Shown: positions 53,619-64,000 of the stretch, in pieces
How positions within the stretch are numbered: the first letter of the stretch is position 1
Layout of the letters: every line of letters begins with the position of its first letter
NCBI GenBank assembly: GCA_943704425.1
Contig: CALSCP010000313.1
Span: 170,713-234,712 of the forward strand
Source of the DNA: Ministeria vibrans ATCC 50519
Lineage: Eukaryota; Protista; Filasterea
Length of the DNA: 64,000 bases
Direction of reading: 5' to 3'
Made by a program: the position numbers and the translations under genes
The notes under the pieces: generated by a model
Databases searched by the model: none
What the model was told of the DNA's origin: nothing
Seen by the model: only the letters and a program-made list of their open reading frames with translations

Positions 53619-55026
53619 TTAATCGTAGTCGTCGTCGTCGCTGTCGTTTGCACGCGACACGGAGGACATCATGATGTCTCTGACGGCGTCCTTCTCGCGC
53701 GGATTGCGCTCGAGCGTGCTCCCTTCGCACAGCCCCACTTGCTTGAGCGCCCACTCGACGTCATCGACCGTCGTCTGTGGTCCGCCCATCGACGCGAGTG
53801 TCACAATCTGCTTGACGAGCTCGCCGTTACGGTACACAAGCATGGTCGGAAGGTTCTTGTCGGGGTAGTTTTGAATGCAATTGGTTGACACAATCTATAC
53901 GCGAGGGCGCGAAAATGTCAAAACAAGAGTGTGCAGCGTATTGGCGACGCACCTTGAGGAACTTGTGGGTGGGGAATTTAGCGGCGAGTTGAGTCAGGTA
54001 GAAGTTGAGGCGCTCGCAGAGGGGAAAGCCGGACTGGAACAAATGAACCACAACCCACACTCCGTCGCCCGCCTTGTTCACCTTGAGAGTGAGAAAATGA
54101 CGGTGTGTCAATACGAACAAAGATGGATCGAGCTGGGTTCGGATTCACGTCACATACCTCTTGAATGAAATCGGGCGATGAGATCTGCACAAGCGAGCCG
54201 TACCGAGCACGACGTTGGAACGCCTGCATTTCCAGGATGCGTTTTTGTCTACAAGAACAAGCGTACACAGACGGTCAGCTTTGCCAGTCGGACGGGGCGG
54301 GCAAGGCGCACCGGTACTGCTCGAGGACGCGTTCGTCTTCGTCGTCCTCCGCCTCATCAAGCTCGTCCAGCGTCATGTCCTCGACAGCCTTGCCTTCCTA
54401 CTCGCCACCAAGGAACATCGAGTAAGAACACAACCGCACTGCGCCGACCAGGGGCTCTGTGGCATGCGGGGGGGAGGAGCGGGAGAGTCCACACACCGTC
54501 TGATTCGTCAGAAACGTGACAAATGTTGTTTCACGCCGTTTGCGTTCCATGAAGCGCCATTGGCTCGCCTCGCGTGTCCACCAGACAACACGTTTGGCTA
54601 TACCATCCATGCAAGTTGCAGAAGTGCGTCAGGACGCGTCAATGACGTCTGCATTCACAAGATGCGATCTTTTTTTTTTTTTTTTTTTTTTTTTCCGTTT
54701 TGCGTCTTTTGCTGACATATTTTTGCTGACGTGTTAGGCAGTCATTGGATGTGAAGCGGAAGGGCACGTCTGAATGGCATGGGCGCGGGCGGCGCAGGGC
54801 GGGGGCGGAGAGAGGCGGCGCGAGAGGGAAACCACAGCGAGACGGACAAGTTGCCGGTTGGGCGTTATTTGGTCTGCTTCTTGTGGAGTCTTACCGTCTT
54901 CTTCTTGATCGCTTCCTCTAACATACTGGTGATGGTCTCCTCGGTGATCTCGGCCTCCTTGTCGGGAATGATCTTGTGGCGCCGCAGTGCGTCGTTCCAT
55001 TCTGTGTCTTCGTTTTGGTTCTGCAT
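53619..55026 (-). CDS. PDCL3: Phosducin-like protein 3 (PhLP2A), CCT co-chaperone (multi-exon)
   Basis: MQNQNEDTEWNDALRRHKIIP, VNKAGDGVWVVVHLF, LAAKFPTHKFLK, CIQNYPDKNLPT. Confidence 0.92.
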
Positions 55027-55430
55027 CTTGCGGTGGGGTGAGGGGGCTGCTGCTCGCTTCGGGGCTGCAGATATGTGGGTGTCGAGACAAGGCAGCGGTC
55101 GACTCAAGTGAACAGTTGAATTGATTCACAATTTTCAAAATTCAAACAAAAATCAAATTATTATTATTTTGATTAGCCATCGTAATTATTTTGATCATTT
55201 AGTGCAGTAATCAACTCGAGCAACTTAGAATAAGTAGAGCCCCTTTTGCGGTTTTGCCTGTCTTTCGCGTTGGCAGTAGTCGACACTCGACACTAGTCAC
55301 TCAGTAAAAGACACTCACACTAATATTGTTCGTTTTAATTTTTATTAATGAAACGAATCGTAATACTACAATACCATCAGCTGTCATGGTCGTCATAATA
55401 AATAATACTATTGTAATGTAATAGTACAAG

Positions 55431-58400
55431 TCACTCAAAGAGACTGCCCCTAAGACCGAACATGGAGGATACGGGCGTACCGGGAGTTGCGGGATAGCGA
55501 GTACTTGATGGGAAATCGTCGTACTCCGCGCTGTGGTGTGGTGGAGGTGTGGCAAAGAGACGACGCGCGCTGCTGGCGGTTGCGCCACGAGCAGCTGCAG
55601 CCACGGCCGCACCAGGGGTAGTCGTGGTGTTGATGCGCATGGGCGGGAGTGAGCCGGCCGAGTCGGGAGTCGTCGTCGTCGTCGCCGGTGATGTTGTTGT
55701 TGTGGTCTTGAGGCACGACAGTGTTGGCATGGCATCGCGCAGCCCCTGCTGCTGGCGCATGTTTTCGCGATCAAAAAGCGGGGCCGCATTCCGCTCGTAG
55801 TGGGAGTGTGCACGATGCTCCAACATGACCATCGTGTCCATCTGCAGTTTGATCTCGCGTTCTAGCTCGGCCTCACGATCACGTGCCGCCTTGCGCTCGT
55901 GCTCAAGCGTGCGCTCAAACGCAAGCGACGTCTCAACGCTTGTCGAGCGAATCGTGTCAATTTCGCCAATGTAAGTGGCGTTGAGGCGTCTCAGCTGGTC
56001 CGATTCGCTTTGAACACGCTCCAATAGCCGCTCAAGCCCATCGACGCGCTCGTCGACCGTCGTGCCTGCGGCCACGCTCAGCCGCAAGTGCTCGCGGGTC
56101 TCGTCAAGCAGACGTTGCAGCTCTTCCGCATGACGCTCAGCCGTCTCCGCGCGCTCCCGCTCATCCACAGCCGCCAACAGATTCACACGCTCCGTCAGCT
56201 CCTGCTGCTCTACCAGCAACTTTGTGTCACGCTCGAGTGACGCACGTGCCTCGCGATCAGCACGCCATTCCTCTTCGAGCCGCTCGCACCGCTGCTGCGT
56301 CTCGTCCCGCACCGCCTGCACTTCTGCCAGTTGCTTGCGCAAGTCGCGGATGTGAGCTGCTCGCTCCTCCAGAGCCCCACGCAGTCGTGATGCTTCGGCA
56401 TCCAGACTGCCACTCTCCGACTCGCGGTGCGCTAGCCGCTCTCGCCACCCTTGCTCCGCTCGCTCCAGTTCGTCTCGTTCCCGCTGCAACACACTCTTCT
56501 CCTCCACGAGCCTCGTGAAGTCGCTCGTGAGTTCCTCCAGACTGCGCATCGCATTGTCCAGCTGCTCCTGCGACTCAATATTCTCGCGCGCGAGCAATTC
56601 ACACCTTTCGCGTTCCTGTGTCGCAGCCCGCTGTGATTGCTCCAGCTTCGCAAGCAGCTGCTGCTTTGCGCCTTCTTCGGTCGCCCGCACCTCGCGTACC
56701 TCTCCACTGGCCTTTGCCGTAAGCATCACTTGCTTTTCCAGTTGTGCTCTTGTCTCGCGCACTAGCGATTTGCCTGTCTCAACCTCGCGCATCAACACAC
56801 TCACATGCTCTTCCAGCACCCCAACCGTCTCCTTCTCCCGACCTGTGTCGTTCTTCTCGCGTTGTACAGCTCGATCCAGCGTCTCTACACGGTGCTCTGC
56901 CGCACGCAGACGCACCCCCATCTCATCGCATTCACGCTTGAGCTTCTCCGTGCCCAACCGCAGCTCCTTCTCGCGCTCCGCCGCTCGTCGCTCCGCTTCC
57001 TTCAGCTCAGCCCGCAAGCCCGCTTGCACACCCAGCTCAGTGGTCAGACGCAACTCGGCGTGAGCCACCACCTCGGAAGCCTCATGTGCCGTCTCCTCCG
57101 CCCGCCGTCGCTCTCTCTCCAGCGCATGAGTGCGCGCCATCGCCTCGGCATGTGCTTGGGTTAGTCTCCGGTTCTCACGAGTCATTCCATCCAGCTGCTC
57201 CTCGTACGTTCGCTTCAGCTGTTGTCGCATCACCTCAACCTGACGCTGTGCCCGCTCGTCCGAAGCCTCGGCCGCTCGTTCTGCATTCTCCAAAAGCTCA
57301 CAACGCTCGCGAAGCACGTCGCGCGCCTGTTCGGCCAGCAACAGCGACTCGCGCACGTCATGCAAGCTCGCCAGATGCTTCTCCACAGTATGCTCGACCT
57401 GAGCACGCGCATCGCTCAAAGCCACTGCATGCTCCTCCTTGAGTTGTCGTTGTTCATTGGAATACTCGCGCTTCAGTTCCTTATGTCTCACTTCATAGCG
57501 TTCCAATGCGCCCTGCAGCGCCACCGCCTGCTCCTCGCCCACCCGCACCAGCTCACTTGCATGCTGCCGCGTCAGCTCCAGACGCTCCGCAATAAACCCC
57601 TCCATCTCAACCCGTTGTTCCTCCTGCAACTTCTTCATCGCTTCTGCATGTTCTTCCTCTTTGACGCAAAGCATTTCATGATGTTCCCTTGCCGCGCGCT
57701 CAAGCGAGTCCGTGTGTTTTCGCACCAAATCATCTTCACGAGCCGCACTTGCACACGCCGCCTCGGCCAACGCGCGTTCATGCTCTGCCTTGATCGCCGT
57801 GACCGTTTCAGCAAGTACTCGTTCGTGCTCTGCCGTGACACGCGCTAGCTCAGCCGCACTCGCACCACCTGCCTCAGCCAACGCAAGTTCGTGCTCCGCC
57901 TTGATCGCCGTGACCGTGTCAGCATGTGCTCGTTCATGCTCTGCCTTGATCGCCGTGACCGTTTCAGCAAGTACTCGTTCGTGCTCTGCCGTGACACGCG
58001 CTAGCTCAGCCGCACTCGCACCAGCTGCCCCANNNNNNCGCCTTGATCGCCGTGACCGTTTCAGCAAGTACTCGTTCGTGCTCTGCCGTGACACGCGCTA
58101 GCTCAGCCGCACTCGCACCAGCTGCCTCAGCCAACGCAAGTTCGTGCTCCGCCTTCATCGCCGTGACAGTGTCACCATGTTCTCGTTCGTGTTCCTCTTT
58201 GACACGCGTTAACTCAGTCATTCGGGTGACCTCTGCGTCCGCATTGATGCGCTCATGAGTTTCCTTGACATTCGCCAGCTCCAAGGCACATGCTGCCTGC
58301 AGCTCTGCAAGAGCCCGTGCGTGCGCCTCGTTGACACGCGTCAACTCCAAGGCTTGCGACGCGGCTGCGTCGGAGCTCGCTCGCTCGTGCTCCTCGGCAA

Positions 58401-61400
58401 GCTGTCGCAGCGCTTGCGCGTGGTCAGCCCGCAGAGTAGCAACGGCGGACTCTCGAACGGGTGTCAGTCGCTCAAGTGCCGCTTCGTGCTCCACCCGCAT
58501 AGCTTCCAGTGACAAAGTGAATTCTCGCTGACGAGAAGCTGTCGCGTCACGATGCGCAGCCTCTGTGCGACTAAGTTGCGCTTCAAGCTCACCAATGCGT
58601 TCCGTGGAAGCACACTGCTTGGACTCTGCTGCCAACACCTGTGATCTGAGTAACGCAACCACCCGTTCACTGTCCCCTAGATCGTTCTTAAGCTGCGACA
58701 CACGCTCTTCGTTGTCAGCAATGTCACGCGTCACAAGGGCCAGTCGCTGTTCCAAAGCGACTGCGCGCTCTTCCGACGCCGATACAATTGCACGTTCCTC
58801 GTCCAAGTCGTCCTTGAGGCGCGTCACGAGTGCCGTCACCGTACAATGTTCCTCCTCACGCATGCTCGCGCGCTCAGCAGCCGCGAGCAGCTCCGTGTTA
58901 CGCTGTGCAACAACCGTTTCCAGGCGTGCTGCTTCTCGCTCAGCCAATGTGCAGCGTGACTCTGTCTCCTCAAGCTTGCAAGACTGCTCCACTCGTAATT
59001 TTTCCCACGACTGCAACGCAAGCGCGTGTGATGCCTCCGTGGCTGCAAGGTGTGTCTGTAAACGTGCAAATTCCTCGACGTGGCTCGATTCCTTGTCTGA
59101 CATGTGGCCTGTCGCGACCAACAGCTCACCCTGTACCTGAGCCAGCTGCTCCGAGAGTCCGCCGGCACGTGCGACTGCATTGTCGAGTTCCCGCTGAGTC
59201 GAAAGCACTTCGGCGCGTACCAATCGTAGCTGCTCTACTGCAGTGCGTGTCGCTTCGTCGGCGTGTGCCACACGCTCAAGGGCCGCACTCAACCGCCCTG
59301 CCGATTCATCCTGAGCAATCTCAGCTTGACTAAGCTCGTCACGTAGCAGCGCAAACTGTTCGTCACGCTCATTCTCCACTTGTGCAATGCGCTCGCGACC
59401 CACACGCAACTGCTCCGCCGCGCTCTGCTCGACTGTGCTCACCTGCTCGAGCGCAGCACGCAACTGTTCGCTCGCATCGTGAACAGTGCCTTCGAGCTGG
59501 ACCACTTGCGCCTGCAAACGATTGAGTTGCTCTTGAGATTCGCTACGCTCACGTGTGCCTTCAATTGCCCGTTCGTGCGCAGTTCGCTCCTGGTCCTCCA
59601 CAGCATCGTCGTTCACGGTCGATGAAACATCCGCCTCTGCTTGCAATGCAGCTGCGCGCATCTCAGCTTCGACAAGACCTCTTTTCGTTTGGGTGAGCTC
59701 CTCTTGCGCTGCAAGTAGCAATTGAGAGGACTCCACATGAGCATCCTGCTCAAGGGCCAGCGCACCATGCGCCGACTCTAGCTGCACACGAAGGTGCTCC
59801 AGCTGCTCTGCGTTCTCTTGTCGCGCGCGCTCCGCCTCCGCCGAATCCATCGACATCTTCTCCACAAGACCCTCGACGCGTGCCTCGAGACGCCCAAGAC
59901 GCTCCAGTTCGGAGTGCGCCCAGGCAAGCTCAGCGCTGAGGCGCGCCTTCTCGGCGGTGACCCGGTCGAGTGCGGACTCAACGGCGGAGCGGGAACTTGT
60001 ATCGTCCGTTGCAGCACCACAGCTAATCTGGTCGCTGTCACGTGTCGCTTCGTCGTCGTCACTCATATATTGCTCGTCGGCGGTAGTTGGAAGGGAGGCG
60101 CGAAGGCTCTCACTTAGTAACGTGTCTGGCTGATCCGCCTCGGAGTCGTTGTTTGTCGCGTCAATCTTTTGATGGAGTGCACCCTCGAGAGTCAACACAT
60201 GCGCATCGACATCCTCCAGCTGTTGCTGGAGTTCCTCCGACAGCGACGTCATGTCGGCGAGCGCTGAATTGAGCGAGTCAATTTCTCGTGCGTCCGCAAT
60301 GCGTGACGCCTCTAACTGCTGCACAACGTCACGCAAGCGGCCAGTCTCAGACGTGCTGGCGTCAAGCTGAGCACGCACTGCCTGCGCTTGGGCACGCTCC
60401 TGTTTCACGTCAGTCAGTGTGTCCGCTGGCAAAGGTGTAGGCAGAACATGCGAGCGTGCAGCGGTGAGTTCTCCCTCAAGGCGCATCGCCTTCTCCTGCC
60501 ACTCGCGACCACCCACCATCATCTTCGCGATCGTCTCATCGCGCGCCGCCACAAGTCGCTCGAGTTTTCTAATGTTCTGTTGTAATGCATCTTGGCGCTC
60601 GCGCAGCGCCTCAACTGTCGCCTGCTCCGCCTCGATGGTTTCAAGAGCGGCTGCCCGCACACGCTCAACGGCGTCGATACGAGTCTGCTCGCTCTCTTTT
60701 AACGCCTGCTTCAACTTGCTGACTTCCTCGGTGTGCTCGTTCACGAGTGACGACACGTCGTTCGTCGCACTAGCATGGCTCTCCTCCACTTGCCGCGACG
60801 CCAAACTGACCGCGTCGTTCTGCGTCGCACGAGCCTGCTCAAGCTCGGCATGCGCGGCCGCCAGACGATGGCCCCACTGCTGTACCAGTACACGTTGGTC
60901 GCGTTGTTGGGCTGTTGATGCCGCCTCCATGTCGGCCAGCTGTCGCGTGAGCTGCAGAGCAAGGGCAGTCTCAGTGGCAACGTCCACGGCAGCGGCGTCG
61001 AGCTGTCGCTGCAAATCGCGCACCATGCTCTCGAGGTGTGCCACTTGGTCGGCTGTGGGAGACGCACTATTTCGGGCAGAGGGCGAAGGGGGCGGCGAGA
61101 CTGGAGCAAGAAGAGCCCAGGGAAGAGAGGAAGACGTATCGTCGTCCGTTGACTCACAGAGGGTAGTCTGTGTCCGTTGACGACGTTGCAAAGCAAGTTC
61201 GCCTTCGAGAAACACGCAGCGCGCGACTGACACCTCGAGCGCTGCTTGAACTTGCGCCAATTGATGACGAACCTCATCGACAATGAGCGCACGTTCGTCG
61301 AGCGTCGTCTGAAGCCTAGAGTGCTCTTGCTCCGCGCTGAGTACTGCTGCGCGACTTGTTCGCAGCTCGAGCTGGAGGGTGTCAACAAGCTGTTGGTTGG

Positions 61401-63381
61401 AAAGCGCCTCGCCAGCAGTCTGACTTGCCAATAGTACGTTATTTAGTGTTACCGCATCCTCCAGTTCAAGTCGTGACGAGGTCAGCTGGTACTCGGTTTG
61501 GTACAGCTCGTCCCGCGTGCGCAGCAGTGTCGCTTGAGTCTGACGCAGTTCTTGTGCGACTGTCCCAACGCGCTCGTCTGATCGCGTCATGGTCACCTTC
61601 AGCGAAGCATGGAGATCGTCTTGGAGCGCTTCAAGTTGACGTCGTTGGTTTCGCTCGTCGTCGACGCACCGCTGCAGCGTACCGACTCTCGCTTCGGCGT
61701 GTGCGAGGGCGTCGCCCATGGCAGTGAGTCGCGTGTGTAGCTTGTCGACATGCCGTTCGGCGTCGTTTGCACGATTGAGCAGAGCAAGAGGTGCTCGATG
61801 GTGCTCGCTCTTGTCGCAAGAAGGCCCGGCATTGCGTTGCTGGCTCAATTGCACACGAAGAGTGTCAATTTCCGACTGGAGATGCGTTACGCGTGCCTGC
61901 GACTGGGTCAGATTCTCGCGCACACTGCTAATGTGCCGCTCGGAAGCGGTGCATTGCTCCTGAAGGGTCGCAATGGTAGCCACTGCAGTGTGATGGCGAG
62001 CTTCGAGGGCTTCGCGCGACGCAGTGAGTTGCTCGAGTCGCTCGTGGAGGGCACGATTACCCTCTTCGGAGAGTCGTTCGGACTCGTGCAGAGCCGCCAT
62101 AAGCCGGCGCTTGTCAGCAGACGCACGAGAAAGCGCCGCTTCCAGATCCGCCACACGTACGCCTGCATCGTCGCTGGGCCGCTCTCGACGGAGCTCCGCC
62201 ACGGCCGAGTCGGCGCGCGCCGTTTCGCGTCGAAGTTGTGCCATGGCGTCGTCACGTTCTTGCGTCACAAGCTGCACAGCTGACGACAAGTTGGTCAACG
62301 GGATCGCTTCGCCGCTACGCTGTGTCTGCGAGACTCGTTCGTGGGCACGGGCGAGGCCGGCACGAGCCGCACGACATTCCATTTCGGCTGCGCGTGCACG
62401 CTTCTCCATGTCAAAGGAGTCGGCGAGAGCGCTGTCAGCCACATGACGCGCCTGCAGCGTTTCGTCGCGTGCCCCCGCGAGCATGGTAAGGGCCTCTTGC
62501 AGTGCAACGGCATTTTGTGCGACTACCGCCTCGAGCTGTGCCACACGCTCTGCAGCGACAACAACGGCGGCCGGACCCATTGCGTCCTCCTCACGCACGC
62601 AATAGATCTGACGGAGCGCCTCGTCGGCCTGACGAGACGCCTGTGCACTCGCTCGCATCTGTCGAGCACTGGCATCTTCGCGAAGGCGTGCAGCAACAAG
62701 TGCCGCACGCATCTCCTCGACTTGGTCGATGTGGTGTGCGGTTGCTGCACAGTACGCCTCGTGCTTGTCGCGCAGGCGAGCAAACGCGAGTTCGGTCTCC
62801 TCAAGCGACCGCTGAGCCACAGCCGCGCGGTGTTCCGCCTCGACACGTTGCTTGCATTCCTGCTCCAGCTTCTCGTTTGCCGCGGCCACTTGGTCGCGCA
62901 ACGACTGCGTCGAGCGCCGCAAGAAAATCAGCTCATCGGCGGCGCGTGTTTTGAATTGCTGCAGTTCGTCAAGACGCTGACGCAGCTGCGGATCGCCCGG
63001 CGCAGTGGCTGCACGTGGGTGTGCGGTCGACGTTGGCGGCAGGGGCTCGGCCGTGGCGACGGGGCGCGCGTCCTCCTGACTGTCCTGGTTGGCGCTGCTT
63101 GTGGGGTCGACAAAATGTGTTGTCAACTCGCCGCATTCGACTTCAAAGGCGTCCTCGTCGAAATTGAACACATCCGGATTTGTCATCGTCCTGCTTCCAA
63201 CCGCATCGGCTTCGTCGCGGCGCTCGGCGCTTCGTGGACGCGATGGAATCGTCGAAATGAATGGCACTGCGTCGCGACGCAGCTCCTCATACTGCCTCTC
63301 AGTTGCCGCATGCGCCATCTTCTCCTGGGCAAGCTCCCCTAGCAACTGGGCCACTTTCCCTTGGAGTTCCTCCACAGACAT
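55431..63381 (-). CDS. Giant, apparently intronless coiled-coil protein (~2,650 aa), split by an assembly gap
   Basis: ORFs 58006-63387 and 55431-58094 meet at N gap 58033-58038 inside a tandem repeat; continuous E/R/A/L/Q-rich helical sequence. Confidence 0.75.
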
Positions 63382-63628
63382 TTTCAAAAAAAAAATTCAA
63401 AAAAAAATTAAAAAATCGAAAATCAAATGAGTTCCAAGTTTTAAAAAAAATTTAAATAAATAAATAATTAATAGTTTTTTTTAATCTCATTTAAAAGTAG
63501 TTTGTAAACATGGGCAAGGACGTCGAAAAGAANNNNNNNNATCAAATGAGTTCCAAGTTTTAAAAAAAATTTAAATAAATAAATAATTAATAGTTTTTTT
63601 TAATCTCATTTAAAAGTAGTTTGTAAAC

Positions 63629-63676
63629 ATGGGCAAGGACGTCGAAAAGAAGGAGAAGAAGGAGAAGAAGAAGACG
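63629..63676 (+). CDS. First exon of a gene running off the window (MGKDVEKKEKKEKKKT)
   Basis: ATG after an AT-rich spacer, followed by a GTAAG donor; product not identifiable. Confidence 0.5.
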
Positions 63677-64000
63677 GTAAGATAAAACAAGCCAGTAAAA
63701 AAAATGCATCTACAAGCGCTGGTCAGCCGCTCCTGCCCATCCCAGCGGTCGCTTGTGCACGTGCCTCTGCGGGTTGTGCCACGCGCGCACGCACACGCCC
63801 CGTCGCAGGCCTGGCGCGCCTGGGGTTGTCCGTTTCCGTCTCGTCGTTCGTTTCGCGCCCAAAGCGACATTTTCAGTCGTGTCGCATTTCTCGTTCGCAT
63901 CGCACCGACGTCGCCCCTCCCTGTACCATGTCTATTTGTTTTGGACTGTACGCCTGTCCACCGCGCATGCTGGGTCTGATAATTGGCCAATGAGGGAAAA

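Noticed and set aside
58006-58094. Apparent frameshift or two overlapping coiled-coil genes
   Set aside because: The break coincides with an N gap inside a tandem repeat; assembly artefact, not programmed frameshifting.
63422-63652. ~110-bp direct duplication including an ATG, on either side of an N run
   Set aside because: An exact copy flanking the gap 63533-63540 is typical of unmerged contig overlap.

Overview
Gene-dense, intron-containing eukaryotic DNA with about 20 protein-coding genes, short AT-rich intergenic spacers and microsatellite-filled GT-AG introns. The gene set (EGF-repeat receptor tyrosine kinase, LRCH, NuSAP-like, NDRG, filamin repeats, ADA2) suggests a unicellular holozoan protist; this is an inference. 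Housekeeping genes: BUB3, LRRC40, an MFSD4-like transporter, PDH protein X-like, EBP2, mitochondrial TyrRS, glutathione reductase and PDCL3. Main points of interest: (1) an RTK with a bacterial-surface-protein-like N-terminal domain, at least 16 Notch-type EGF repeats, a ZU5-like insert, 15 YxN and 5 YxxM cytoplasmic motifs partly in a 66-bp tandem array, and a kinase with a degenerate Gly-loop and DFG->DFT; (2) a spliced in-frame fusion of 8 filamin repeats to an NDRG hydrolase-fold domain; (3) an inward-rectifier channel with TVVDS in place of TxGYG; (4) a ~2,650-aa coiled coil with His-anchored 11/15/22-residue periodicity. Several N-gaps create artefactual frame breaks and duplications. 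No RNA genes, CRISPR arrays or mobile elements were recognised. All gene models were spliced by eye and family calls come from remembered motifs, not database searches.
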